DNA of 64,000 nucleotides, taken from NCBI RefSeq assembly GCF_044324785.1, contig NZ_CP172127.1, one strand, 5' to 3'. The translations under genes were made by a program, and so were the position numbers. The notes beneath the pieces were generated by a model. It saw only the letters and a list, made by a program, of their open reading frames with translations, did no database searches and was not told the origin of the DNA. Shown here one piece after another: positions 38,517 to 48,690 of this stretch (its first letter is position 1; each line of letters begins with the position of its first letter). The stretch comes from Escherichia coli (lineage in GTDB: Bacteria; Pseudomonadota; Gammaproteobacteria; Enterobacterales; Enterobacteriaceae).

Positions 38517-39302
38517 ATGTCAATCGAATCTCTCAATGCGTTCTCAATGGATTTTTTCTCCCTGAAAGGTAAAACCGCTATTGTTACCGGCGGGAATAGC
38601 GGTTTAGGCCAGGCATTTGCCATGGCGCTGGCCAAAGCAGGCGCAAATATCTTTATTCCAAGCTTCGTTAAAGATAACGGCGAAACAAAGGAAATGATTG
38701 AAAAACAGGGTGTTGAAGTTGACTTTATGCAGGTGGATATCACCGCAAAAGGCGCGCCGCAGAAGATAATCGCCGCCTGTTGCGAACGTTTCGGTACCGT
38801 CGATATTCTGGTTAACAATGCCGGTATTTGTAAGCTGAATAAGGTGCTGGACTTCGGTCGTGCCGACTGGGATCCAATGATTGATGTGAACCTGACCGCC
38901 GCATTCGAGTTAAGCTATGAAGCTGCAAAAATTATGATCCCGCAGAAAAGCGGTAAAATCATTAATATCTGTTCATTATTCTCTTACTTAGGTGGACAAT
39001 GGTCACCTGCATATTCTGCCACTAAACATGCTCTTGCCGGATTCACCAAAGCTTATTGTGATGAACTAGGTCAATATAATATTCAGGTAAATGGTATTGC
39101 CCCTGGCTATTATGCAACAGATATTACGCTGGCGACACGCAGTAATCCAGAAACCAATCAGCGCGTTCTTGATCATATTCCGGCAAACCGTTGGGGCGAT
39201 ACTCAGGATTTAATGGGCGCAGCCGTATTCCTCGCAAGTCCGGCTTCAAATTATGTTAACGGGCATTTATTAGTGGTCGATGGCGGTTATTTAGTGCGCT
39301 AA
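38517..39302 (+). CDS. ygcW: Short-chain dehydrogenase/reductase (SDR)
   Basis: ORF 38442-39302; start placed at the ATG giving MSIESLNAFSMDFFSLKGKTAIVTGGNSGLGQAFA... (Rossmann TGGxSGxG motif), 261 aa. Confidence 0.85.
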   Translation: MSIESLNAFSMDFFSLKGKTAIVTGGNSGLGQAFAMALAKAGANIFIPSFVKDNGETKEMIEKQGVEVDFMQVDITAKGAPQKIIAACCERFGTVDILVNNAGICKLNKVLDFGRADWDPMIDVNLTAAFELSYEAAKIMIPQKSGKIINICSLFSYLGGQWSPAYSATKHALAGFTKAYCDELGQYNIQVNGIAPGYYATDITLATRSNPETNQRVLDHIPANRWGDTQDLMGAAVFLASPASNYVNGHLLVVDGGYLVR

Positions 39303-39371
39303 TCCATAACGGTGGTTTCTGTTTTCTCTTATTAATGATTATTCCATTTTTATTATCAGGAAGGAATTACT

Positions 39372-40826
39372 ATGTCTTTATCTCGCGCAGCGATAGTCGA
39401 CCAGCTAAAGGAAATTGTTGGTGCAGATCGCGTAATTACCGATGAAACAGTATTAAAGAAAAACAGTATTGACCGTTTTCGCAAATTTCCGGATATTCAT
39501 GGCATTTATACTTTGCCGATTCCGGCAGCGGTCGTAAAACTCGGTTCCACAGAACAAGTATCCCGTGTGCTGAATTTTATGAATGCGCACAAAATTAACG
39601 GTGTGCCGCGTACCGGTGCTTCCGCTACCGAAGGTGGGCTGGAAACCGTTGTGGAAAACTCGGTGGTGCTCGACGGCTCTGCCATGAATCAAATCATTAA
39701 TATTGATATTGAGAATATGCAGGCCACGGCGCAATGTGGTGTTCCGCTGGAAGTGCTGGAAAACGCGTTGCGTGAAAAAGGTTACACCACGGGGCATTCT
39801 CCGCAGTCAAAGCCGCTGGCGCAGATGGGCGGCCTGGTAGCAACCCGCAGTATTGGGCAGTTCTCCACACTCTACGGCGCAATCGAAGATATGGTCGTTG
39901 GTCTGGAAGCAGTATTGGCTGATGGCACCGTGACACGCATTAAAAACGTGCCACGTCGCGCGGCTGGCCCGGACATTCGTCACATCATCATCGGCAACGA
40001 AGGTGCATTGTGCTATATCACTGAAGTAACAGTGAAAATCTTTAAATTCACCCCAGAAAACAACCTCTTCTACGGCTATATCCTGGAAGACATGAAAACC
40101 GGCTTCAACATCCTGCGTGAAATCATGGTGGAAGGGTATCGTCCGTCGATCGCTCGTTTGTATGACGCCGAAGATGGCACCCAACACTTCACCCATTTTG
40201 CCGACGGAAAATGCGTGTTGATCTTTATGGCTGAAGGTAACCCTCGCATTGCGAAGGCGACGGGCGAAGGGATTGCGGAAATCGTAGCTCGCTACCCGCA
40301 ATGCCAGCGCGTGGACAGCAAGCTGATCGAAACCTGGTTTAACAACCTGAACTGGGGACCGGATAAAGTAGCTGCCGAACGTGTGCAGATCCTCAAAACC
40401 GGCAACATGGGCTTTACCACCGAAGTGTCCGGCTGCTGGAGCTGCATTCACGAAATCTACGAAAGCGTTATTAACCGTATTCGTACCGAGTTCCCGCACG
40501 CCGACGACATCACCATGCTGGGCGGTCACTCCTCTCATAGCTACCAGAACGGCACCAACATGTACTTCGTCTACGACTACAACGTCGTTGACTGTAAGCC
40601 GGAAGAGGAAATCGACAAGTACCACAATCCGCTCAACAAAATCATCTGCGAAGAAACCATTCGCCTCGGTGGTTCGATGGTGCACCACCACGGTATCGGT
40701 AAACATCGCGTTCACTGGAGCAAACTGGAACACGGCAGCGCGTGGGCGTTGCTGGAAGGGCTGAAAAAGCAGTTCGATCCTAACGGCATTATGAATACGG
40801 GTACTATCTATCCGATTGAAAAATAA
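39372..40826 (+). CDS. ygcU: FAD-linked oxidoreductase (FAD-binding PCMH type)
   Basis: 484-aa ORF MSLSRAAIVDQLKEIVGADRVITDETVLKKNSIDRFRKFP... Confidence 0.85.
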   Translation: MSLSRAAIVDQLKEIVGADRVITDETVLKKNSIDRFRKFPDIHGIYTLPIPAAVVKLGSTEQVSRVLNFMNAHKINGVPRTGASATEGGLETVVENSVVLDGSAMNQIINIDIENMQATAQCGVPLEVLENALREKGYTTGHSPQSKPLAQMGGLVATRSIGQFSTLYGAIEDMVVGLEAVLADGTVTRIKNVPRRAAGPDIRHIIIGNEGALCYITEVTVKIFKFTPENNLFYGYILEDMKTGFNILREIMVEGYRPSIARLYDAEDGTQHFTHFADGKCVLIFMAEGNPRIAKATGEGIAEIVARYPQCQRVDSKLIETWFNNLNWGPDKVAAERVQILKTGNMGFTTEVSGCWSCIHEIYESVINRIRTEFPHADDITMLGGHSSHSYQNGTNMYFVYDYNVVDCKPEEEIDKYHNPLNKIICEETIRLGGSMVHHHGIGKHRVHWSKLEHGSAWALLEGLKKQFDPNGIMNTGTIYPIEK

Positions 40827-40919
40827 TGTGTCAGGCAGCGTTCCACGATGACGGGGCGTTGCCATTTCGGCTTCTCAGGCGAGAAGCCGTTCTTATTACC
40901 GGACAATGAAGGGGTAAAG

Positions 40920-42257
40920 ATGAACACTTCACCGGTGCGAATGGATGATTTACCGCTTAACCGTTTTCACTGTCGAATTGCTGCGCTCACTTTCGGCGCG
41001 CACCTGACCGACGGTTATGTTCTCGGCGTCATTGGTTACGCCATTATTCAGCTTACACCCGCCATGCAACTGACGCCGTTTATGGCGGGAATGATTGGCG
41101 GCTCGGCGCTCCTTGGTTTGTTTCTTGGCAGCCTGGTTCTTGGATGGATCTCCGACCATATTGGTCGGCAAAAAATCTTCACCTTCAGCTTTTTGCTGAT
41201 TACGCTCGCTTCGTTCTTGCAATTTTTTGCCACCACGCCAGAGCATCTTATTGGGCTGCGCATTTTGATCGGCATTGGGCTGGGAGGCGATTACTCAGTC
41301 GGTCACACCTTGCTGGCTGAATTTTCCCCGCGCCGCCATCGCGGTGTTTTGCTGGGCGCATTCAGCGTGGTGTGGACCGTAGGCTATGTGTTGGCAAGTA
41401 TTGCCGGACATCACTTTATTAGCGAAAGCCCGGAGGCCTGGCGCTGGCTGCTGGCATCGGCAGCTCTGCCCGCGTTGTTGATTACGTTATTACGCTGGGG
41501 AACGCCAGAATCGCCACGCTGGCTACTGCGCCAGGGGCGTTTTGCAGAAGCTCACGCTATCGTGCATCGCTATTTTGGTCCCCATGTTTTACTGGGCGAT
41601 GAAGTGGCAACGGCGACCCATAAACACATCAAAACCTTGTTCTCTTCGCGCTACTGGCGGCGCACGGCGTTTAACAGCGTCTTCTTTGTCTGCCTCGTAA
41701 TCCCATGGTTTGTGATTTATACCTGGCTGCCAACTATCGCCCAAACTATTGGTCTGGAAGATGCGCTGACTGCCAGCCTGATGCTTAATGCGTTGTTAAT
41801 TGTGGGCGCGCTGCTGGGATTAGTTCTGACGCACCTGCTGGCACATCGCAAATTTTTGCTGGGAAGTTTTTTGCTGCTGGCGGCAACGCTGGTAGTAATG
41901 GCCTGTTTGCCTTCCGGCAGTTCATTAACGCTGCTGCTTTTTGTTCTCTTCAGCACCACCATTTCTGCAGTCAGTAATCTGGTGGGCATTTTGCCTGCGG
42001 AAAGTTTTCCTACTGACATTCGCTCGCTGGGCGTCGGTTTTGCCACCGCCATGAGTCGGTTGGGGGCGGCGGTAAGTACTGGCCTGCTGCCGTGGGTGCT
42101 GGCGCAGTGGGGAATGCAAGTCACCTTATTGCTCCTGGCGGCAGTGTTGTTGGTTGGTTTTGTCGTGACCTGGCTATGGGCACCAGAAACCAAAGCACTC
42201 CCGCTGGTGGCGGCGGGAAATGTAGGAGGTGCGAATGAACATTCTGTTAGCGTTTAA
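40920..42257 (+). CDS. ygcS: MFS transporter (substrate unknown)
   Basis: ORF 40848-42257; start placed at the ATG giving MNTSPVRMDDLPLNRFHCRIAALTFGAHLTDGY... (445 aa). Confidence 0.82.
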   Translation: MNTSPVRMDDLPLNRFHCRIAALTFGAHLTDGYVLGVIGYAIIQLTPAMQLTPFMAGMIGGSALLGLFLGSLVLGWISDHIGRQKIFTFSFLLITLASFLQFFATTPEHLIGLRILIGIGLGGDYSVGHTLLAEFSPRRHRGVLLGAFSVVWTVGYVLASIAGHHFISESPEAWRWLLASAALPALLITLLRWGTPESPRWLLRQGRFAEAHAIVHRYFGPHVLLGDEVATATHKHIKTLFSSRYWRRTAFNSVFFVCLVIPWFVIYTWLPTIAQTIGLEDALTASLMLNALLIVGALLGLVLTHLLAHRKFLLGSFLLLAATLVVMACLPSGSSLTLLLFVLFSTTISAVSNLVGILPAESFPTDIRSLGVGFATAMSRLGAAVSTGLLPWVLAQWGMQVTLLLLAAVLLVGFVVTWLWAPETKALPLVAAGNVGGANEHSVSV

Positions 42258-43014
42258 AGCCGAACCGGATGCCGGAATGCTGGCGGAAAAAGAGTGGCAG
42301 GCGGCGGTTCAGGGTAATAGCGGACCGGATGTTTCGCTTCTGCGAAGTTTACTCGGTGCTGATGAACAGGCTGCCGCCGCGCTGCTGTTGGCGCAGAGAA
42401 AAAACGGTACGTCGATGTCTTTAACCGCGTTGAGCATGGGGGATGAACGGGCGTTGCACTGGCTGCGCTATCTCATGGCTCTTGGGTTTGAGGAAGCTGT
42501 ATTGCTGGAGATGGCGGCAGATCTGCGCTTTGCGCCGGAATTTGTCGCTCGCCATATTGCCGAATGGCAGCGTCAGAATCCGCTGGATCTGATAATTACC
42601 GGCTGCCAAAGCAGCGAAGGGCAGAATGGGCAAACGCCATTTTTGCTGGCGGAAATGCTGGGCTGGCCCTGCTTCACCCAGGTGGAGCGTTTTACTCTCG
42701 ACGCGCCGTTTATCACCCTCGAACAGCGTACTGAAAACGGGCTGCGCTGTTGCCGGGTTCGCATGCCTGCGGTGATTGCCGTGCGTCAGTGCGGTGAAGT
42801 GGCCTTGCCAGTACCGGGAATGCGCCAGCGTATGGCGGCGGGGAAAGCAGAAATTATCCGTAAAACTGTTGCTGCCGAATCGCCAGCGATGCAGTGTCTG
42901 CAACTGGCAAGAGCAGAGCAACAACGCGGAGCGACGCTGATTGATGGGCAAACGGTAGCAGAAAAAGCGCAAAAGCTATGGCAGGACTATTTACGCCAAA
43001 GGATGCAGCCATGA
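42235..43014 (+). CDS. ygcR: Electron transfer flavoprotein beta-subunit-like protein (FixA-like)
   Basis: ORF 42229-43014, MNILLAFKAEPDAGMLAEKEWQAAVQ...; stop overlaps the ygcQ start (ATGA). Confidence 0.82.
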   Translation: MNILLAFKAEPDAGMLAEKEWQAAVQGNSGPDVSLLRSLLGADEQAAAALLLAQRKNGTSMSLTALSMGDERALHWLRYLMALGFEEAVLLEMAADLRFAPEFVARHIAEWQRQNPLDLIITGCQSSEGQNGQTPFLLAEMLGWPCFTQVERFTLDAPFITLEQRTENGLRCCRVRMPAVIAVRQCGEVALPVPGMRQRMAAGKAEIIRKTVAAESPAMQCLQLARAEQQRGATLIDGQTVAEKAQKLWQDYLRQRMQP

Positions 43015-43871
43015 ATATCGCAATTGTGACAATAAATCAGGAGAATGCCGCAATAGCGAGCTGGCTGGCAGAACAGGATTTCAGCGGTTGTACCCTGGCG
43101 CACTGGCAGATTGAACCTCAGCCCGTAGTGGCGGAACAGGTGCTGGATGCGCTGGTGGAACAGTGGCAGCGAACGCCTGCGGACGTTGTTCTCTTTCCGC
43201 CGGGAACGTTTGGTGATGAACTGTCGACACGGTTGGCCTGGCGATTACATGGTGCAAGCATCAGCCAGGTGACTTCGTTAGATATTTCAACCGGAAGCGT
43301 GCGCAAATACCACTGGGGAAATGCGCTAACGGCGACGCTGCAAACAGAAAAACGCCCGCTATGCCTTTCCCTTGCCCGCCAGACGGGAGCAGTGAAAAAC
43401 GCCACATTGCCCTCTGGTATGCAGCAACTGAACATTGTCCCCGGCGCGCTTCCCGACTGGCTGGTTAGCACAGAGGATCTGAAAAATGTTACCCGTGACC
43501 CATTAGCTGAGGCCAGACGGGTGCTGGTGGTGGGGCAGGGCGGAGAGGCAGATAACCAGGAAATCGCTATGCTGGCAGAAAAGCTGGGAGCCGAAGTGGG
43601 CTACAGTCGGGCACGAGTGATGAACGGTGGCGTTGATGCCGAAAAAGTGATTGGTATTTCCGGACATCTGCTGGCACCTGAGGTGTGTATTGTTGTTGGC
43701 GCTTCCGGCGCAGCAGCGTTAATGGCGGGCGTCCGCAATAGCAAGTTTGTGGTGGCGATTAATCATGACGCCAGCGCGGCGGTATTTTCACAGGCAGATG
43801 TTGGCGTGGTTGATGACTGGAAAGCGGTGCTGGAGGCACTGGTGACAACCATTCACGTAGATTGCCAATAA
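43011..43871 (+). CDS. ygcQ: Electron transfer flavoprotein alpha-subunit-like protein (FixB-like)
   Basis: ORF 42978-43871; start at the ATG giving MNIAIVTINQENAAIASWLAEQDFSG... (286 aa). Confidence 0.82.
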   Translation: MNIAIVTINQENAAIASWLAEQDFSGCTLAHWQIEPQPVVAEQVLDALVEQWQRTPADVVLFPPGTFGDELSTRLAWRLHGASISQVTSLDISTGSVRKYHWGNALTATLQTEKRPLCLSLARQTGAVKNATLPSGMQQLNIVPGALPDWLVSTEDLKNVTRDPLAEARRVLVVGQGGEADNQEIAMLAEKLGAEVGYSRARVMNGGVDAEKVIGISGHLLAPEVCIVVGASGAAALMAGVRNSKFVVAINHDASAAVFSQADVGVVDDWKAVLEALVTTIHVDCQ

Positions 43872-43915
43872 CGTGCTGCCGGATGATCCTGCCTACGGTT
43901 CTGGGCTGGGGACTT

Positions 43916-43954
43916 GTAAGCCTGATAAGACGCGTCAAGCGTCGTATCAGGCGC
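43916..43954. repeat. REP element
   Basis: gtaagcctgataagacgcgtcaagcgtcgtatcaggcgc palindromic unit between convergent ygcQ and ygcP. Confidence 0.7.
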
Positions 43955-44017
43955 TGAATGTCGGATGTGGCGTGCAGCCTACAAATCACACAAATTCAAC
44001 TCGTTACGAGTATCCCG

Positions 44018-44593
44018 TCAAAGCAATTTTTTCGCTAACGTCCAGACCCCGGTATTCGTGGTGGAAAGCGCCACGACACCCGCGTTAATCGCATTACGCG
44101 CATCTTCTTCATCGCACACCAGCCCGCCGGCAATCAGCGGTTGGCGGATTTTCTCCGTCACCCAGCCCAGAACTTTAGGCATACAGCCTGGCAGGATCTC
44201 AATACAATCCGGATTCGATTGCGCAACTTGCTTATCAATGTTGTGAAACGAAATCGAATCAACAATAAACAGGCGATGAATACAGAAAAAACCTTCCGCT
44301 CTTGCCGCTTTCAGCATCGATGCTTTCGTGCTGATAATGCCGTCCGCCTCGGTCACCAGTTTCAAAAACTGAATCACCACTTCTTTATTTGACGCGCCTT
44401 CCAGCAAATCAACATGAATAAAAGCATATTTTCCGGCATTTTTAATCTTTTTAACGATTTGACTAATGGTGCAGATATTGCCGTACAACACGGAAATAAA
44501 CTGGCATTCAGAGTCGATTGCCAGTTGCAGGCTGGCATTATCTTTAACGGCAGCAATCACCGGATTCTGGCGGAGCAGGTGTAAGAGGGGCAT
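44018..44593 (-). CDS. ygcP: GlpP-family putative antiterminator/regulatory protein
   Basis: 191-aa ORF MPLLHLLRQNPVIAAVKDNASLQLAIDSECQFISVLYGNIC... Confidence 0.8.
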   Translation of the reverse strand: MPLLHLLRQNPVIAAVKDNASLQLAIDSECQFISVLYGNICTISQIVKKIKNAGKYAFIHVDLLEGASNKEVVIQFLKLVTEADGIISTKASMLKAARAEGFFCIHRLFIVDSISFHNIDKQVAQSNPDCIEILPGCMPKVLGWVTEKIRQPLIAGGLVCDEEDARNAINAGVVALSTTNTGVWTLAKKLL

Positions 44594-44609
44594 AAATTAT
44601 CCTTATTAT

Positions 44610-44870
44610 TTATCCAAAACGGTAGGTGATGCCGAATCCGGAAGGCGGATAGCGCCACTGTTGTAGTGTTGATTCGTCGCACAGCAAACGGCAGGTGCCA
44701 CACTCCAGGCAGCCGTGATAATCAATGCGTAAGTCACCTTCCGGTGTGAGCGAAAAAAGACCTGCCGGACAGGCGTTAATTAATCGTTCTGCCATCTGAC
44801 GCTCAACGGAGTCAGCCGGAACAATGTGCGGCGCATCAGCAACGCGCCAGAGATTACGGGCTACAGACAT
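44610..44870 (-). CDS. ygcO: Ferredoxin-like protein (FixX-like)
   Basis: ORF 44610-44906; start at the ATG giving MSVARNLWRVADAPHIVPADSVERQ... (86 aa) with C-terminal CxxC...CxxxC cysteines. Confidence 0.78.
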   Translation of the reverse strand: MSVARNLWRVADAPHIVPADSVERQMAERLINACPAGLFSLTPEGDLRIDYHGCLECGTCRLLCDESTLQQWRYPPSGFGITYRFG

Positions 44871-46132
44871 CGCAGACTCCTGATAACATCGCCCGCCAGA
44901 TGCCACAGGCCGTGACGACGTAAATGACGCCAGAATAACTGGCGCAGCGGTGGAACAGGTTTATCACCCTGATCCCATAAATCGCGGGAAATATCCTGCA
45001 TTAACGCAGGCCACGCCCGATACCAGCCAGGGCGTTGCAAAAGCGCCGGAACATGCTGATAACGTTGTAGAACATCCCATAGCAGGCTGCGCTCGACGTT
45101 GTGATGATAAAGCGCAAACAGATTTTGCGGCTCGCGGTGCTGGCAGGCGCTTATCAGCGTTTGTGCCGCCGCCTGTGCGCCAGTCAGCGCCATATCCATG
45201 CCGCGCACGGAAATTCCGGTATTGACGCAACTGCGCAACGCATCGCCCAGCAGCAGCCAGCCGTTACCGGCGTATTGCACCGGCATACTGTGCAAGCCAC
45301 CTTCTGGCACCAGATGCGCACCATACTCCAGTGATTCCGTGTTTTTGATAAGCGGGCGCACTGCCGGATGCGTTTTAAAGCGAGCCAGCAGCTCGCTTGC
45401 CGGAACACGACTTTGCGTAAGGGAAGAGAGCGGGCAAACAATCCCTAACGAGAGCGTTTGTTGATTAGTATAAAGAAATGCGCCGCCGGGTAAGTCATCA
45501 CAGATTCCGCCGCTGAACAGCAACGCTGCGCCTTCGTTATTCTCCAGATGAAAACGTTCTTCAATAGCGGATGTTTCCAGCGCCAGCACTTCTTTGATCC
45601 CCAACGCCATCGCTTCGCCAGCAGGACGAGTCACTAACCCGTGACGCTCAGCCAGGACGCTGTTGGCACCTTCTGCCAGCACCACATAACGGGCGCGGAG
45701 AATATCGTCACCACAAATGACACCACACACCCTGCCGTTTTCTTCATACAGCGCATCCACCGTCGCACCAGGGATGCATTCGACACCTTCTTTTTCGGCT
45801 TCGGCAACCAGCCACGGATCGAACCGTGCACGTAATACACTCCAGGATTCACCGCCGGGCTGTAAGCTGGAAAACGTCGTTGCGCCATCCGGCGTTAACA
45901 GGGAAAGGCTTTCGTGAGTGATGCGTCGTTCAAGAGGCGCGGTCAGATGAAATTGTGGGAGGAGTTCCGCGAGCGCCTGGGTATATAAACGCCCGCCGGA
46001 AAGATTTTTGCTGCCGGGGATTTCAGCGCGTTCCAGTAACAAAACGGATAAACCCACTCGCGCGCAGCGTAACGCGCAAGCGGTGCCTGCAATACCGGCA
46101 CCAATAATAATAATGTCGCAGTCGTCTTCCAT
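44861..46132 (-). CDS. ygcN: FAD-dependent oxidoreductase (FixC-like ETF-quinone oxidoreductase type)
   Basis: ORF 44861-46162; start at the ATG giving MEDDCDIIIIGAGIAGTACALRCAR... (GxGxxG FAD motif), 423 aa. Confidence 0.82.
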   Translation of the reverse strand: MEDDCDIIIIGAGIAGTACALRCARVGLSVLLLERAEIPGSKNLSGGRLYTQALAELLPQFHLTAPLERRITHESLSLLTPDGATTFSSLQPGGESWSVLRARFDPWLVAEAEKEGVECIPGATVDALYEENGRVCGVICGDDILRARYVVLAEGANSVLAERHGLVTRPAGEAMALGIKEVLALETSAIEERFHLENNEGAALLFSGGICDDLPGGAFLYTNQQTLSLGIVCPLSSLTQSRVPASELLARFKTHPAVRPLIKNTESLEYGAHLVPEGGLHSMPVQYAGNGWLLLGDALRSCVNTGISVRGMDMALTGAQAAAQTLISACQHREPQNLFALYHHNVERSLLWDVLQRYQHVPALLQRPGWYRAWPALMQDISRDLWDQGDKPVPPLRQLFWRHLRRHGLWHLAGDVIRSLRCL

Positions 46133-46209
46133 GTCATGCCCCAGATATCCAGAACACAACACCCTAACATAGCGTTACTTAAGGGAAATTGACCGCCGAC
46201 ACACTCTTA

Positions 46210-46575
46210 TCATTCGCCGCGATAGATACACCCTGCGGTGCAGGTTTCTTTTACCATCACCGCACTTAACAGCGGCACAACGGGTTTAACCTGATCCCAA
46301 ATCCATTTTGCTAAAACTTCGCTGGTTGGGTTTTCCAGACCTGGAATATCATTGAGATAATGGTGATCGAGGCGCTCATAAGTTGGCTTAAACGCCGCTT
46401 TCAGTTCAGCGAAATCGATAATCCAGCCCGTATGCGGATCGACTTCCCCGGTAATTTCCAGTCGCACCATAAAGGAATGCCCGTGCAGGCGACCACATTT
46501 ATGTCCTTCCGGGACGTGTGGTAAGCGGTGAGCGGCTTCGAAGGTGAAATCTTTAAATAACGTGGTGGACATCAT
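46210..46575 (-). CDS. queD: 6-carboxy-5,6,7,8-tetrahydropterin synthase
   Basis: ORF 46210-46659; start at the ATG giving [35 protein letters not shown]... (121 aa). Confidence 0.88.
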   Translation of the reverse strand: MMSTTLFKDFTFEAAHRLPHVPEGHKCGRLHGHSFMVRLEITGEVDPHTGWIIDFAELKAAFKPTYERLDHHYLNDIPGLENPTSEVLAKWIWDQVKPVVPLLSAVMVKETCTAGCIYRGE

Positions 46576-46890
46576 AATTTCTCTACAGGACGATAAAACC
46601 GCCGTAGAGTACCGGAAAGGCTGTTTTTTCGCATTATCTAAAACGACTTTGTTGCGCAAAATCGCTGATTTATCTTAATGATTGGCTAAATTCATTTGTT
46701 TTTCATTGGGTTGGTTAATCTGTTTTGTTGTTAAAGACTATTGCTAAAACAGGTTAGTCGATTTGGTTATTAGTTATCGCTATCCCGTCTTTAATCCACA
46801 CCGTTCACCCCGTTAACCTTACCTTCTCTTCTGTTTTATGGGCGCTGACAGGGCGCAGAAACAGCTTTGCTTACTGGAACATAACGACGC

Positions 46891-48690
46891 ATGACGACAC
46901 AGGCCCCACCTTCCGCGTTGCTTCCGTTGAACCCGGAGCAACTGGCACGCCTTCAGGCGGCCACGACCGATTTAACTCCCACCCAGCTTGCCTGGGTTTC
47001 TGGCTATTTCTGGGGCGTGCTCAACCAGCAGCCTGCTGCGCTTGCAGCGACGCCAGCGCCCGCCGCAGAAATGCCGGGTATAACTATTATCTCCGCCTCG
47101 CAAACCGGCAATGCGCGCCGGGTTGCTGAAGCATTACGCGATGATTTATTGGCGGCAAAACTGAACGTTAAGCTGGTGAACGCGGGCGACTATAAATTCA
47201 AACAAATCGCCAGCGAAAAACTGCTCATCGTGGTGACGTCAACGCAAGGGGAAGGGGAACCGCCGGAAGAAGCCGTCGCGCTGCATAAGTTCCTGTTCTC
47301 CAAAAAAGCGCCAAAGCTGGAAAACACCGCGTTTGCCGTGTTTAGCCTCGGCGATAGCTCTTATGAATTTTTCTGCCAGTCCGGGAAAGATTTTGACAGC
47401 AAGCTGGCGGAACTGGGCGGTGAACGCCTGCTCGACCGTGTCGATGCCGACGTTGAATACCAGACCGCTGCCAGCGAGTGGCGCGCCCGCGTGGTTGATG
47501 TTCTGAAGTCCCGTGCGCCTGTCGCGGCACCTTCGCAATCCGTCGCTACTGGCGCGGTAAATGAAATCCACACCAGCCCGTACAGCAAAGACGCGCCGCT
47601 GGTGGCGAGCCTTTCGGTTAACCAGAAAATTACCGGGCGTAACTCTGAAAAAGACGTTCGCCATATCGAAATTGACTTAGGTGACTCTGGCCTGCGTTAT
47701 CAGCCGGGTGACGCGCTGGGCATCTGGTATCAGAACGATCCGGCACTGGTGAAAGAACTTGTCGAACTGCTGTGGCTGAAAGGCGATGAAACTGTCACCG
47801 TTGACGGCAAAACGCTGACCCTGAGCGAAGCGCTACAGTGGCACTTTGAACTCACCGTCAACACCGCGAATATTGTTGAGAACTACGCCACGCTTACCCG
47901 CAGCGAAACGCTGCTGCCGCTGGTGGGCGATAAAGCGAAGTTACAGCATTACGCCGCGACCACGCCGATTGTTGACATGGTGCGTTTCTCTCCGGCGCAA
48001 CTGGATGCCGAAGCGCTGATTAACCTGCTGCGCCCGCTGACCCCGCGTCTGTATTCCATCGCCTCCTCGCAGGCGGAAGTCGAGAACGAAGTACACGTTA
48101 CCGTTGGTGTGGTGCGTTACGACGTGGAAGGCCGCGCCCGTGCCGGTGGTGCCTCCAGTTTCCTCGCGGACCGTGTGGAAGAAGAGGGCGAAGTCCGCGT
48201 CTTTATCGAACATAACGATAACTTCCGCCTGCCAGCCAATCCGGAAACCCCGGTGATTATGATTGGCCCAGGCACCGGCATCGCGCCGTTCCGCGCCTTT
48301 ATGCAGCAACGCGCCGCCGACGAAGCGCTGGGGAAAAACTGGCTGTTCTTTGGCAACCCGCACTTTACGGAAGATTTCCTCTACCAGGTGGAATGGCAGC
48401 GCTACGTCAAAGAGGGCGTGCTGACGCGTATCGATCTTGCCTGGTCGCGCGATCAAAAAGAAAAAATTTACGTACAAGACAAACTGCGCGAACAGGGCGC
48501 GGAGCTATGGCGCTGGATCAATGACGGTGCCCACATTTATGTCTGCGGCGACGCTAATCGCATGGCGAAAGACGTTGAGCAGGCACTTCTGGAAGTGATT
48601 GCCGAATTTGGTGGCATGGACACCGAAGCGGCGGATGAATTTTTAAGTGAGCTGCGCGTAGAGCGCCGTTATCAGCGAGATGTCTACTAA
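46891..48690 (+). CDS. cysJ: Sulfite reductase [NADPH] flavoprotein alpha-component
   Basis: 599-aa [45 protein letters not shown]... ending ...ERRYQRDVY. Confidence 0.96.
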   Translation: MTTQAPPSALLPLNPEQLARLQAATTDLTPTQLAWVSGYFWGVLNQQPAALAATPAPAAEMPGITIISASQTGNARRVAEALRDDLLAAKLNVKLVNAGDYKFKQIASEKLLIVVTSTQGEGEPPEEAVALHKFLFSKKAPKLENTAFAVFSLGDSSYEFFCQSGKDFDSKLAELGGERLLDRVDADVEYQTAASEWRARVVDVLKSRAPVAAPSQSVATGAVNEIHTSPYSKDAPLVASLSVNQKITGRNSEKDVRHIEIDLGDSGLRYQPGDALGIWYQNDPALVKELVELLWLKGDETVTVDGKTLTLSEALQWHFELTVNTANIVENYATLTRSETLLPLVGDKAKLQHYAATTPIVDMVRFSPAQLDAEALINLLRPLTPRLYSIASSQAEVENEVHVTVGVVRYDVEGRARAGGASSFLADRVEEEGEVRVFIEHNDNFRLPANPETPVIMIGPGTGIAPFRAFMQQRAADEALGKNWLFFGNPHFTEDFLYQVEWQRYVKEGVLTRIDLAWSRDQKEKIYVQDKLREQGAELWRWINDGAHIYVCGDANRMAKDVEQALLEVIAEFGGMDTEAADEFLSELRVERRYQRDVY

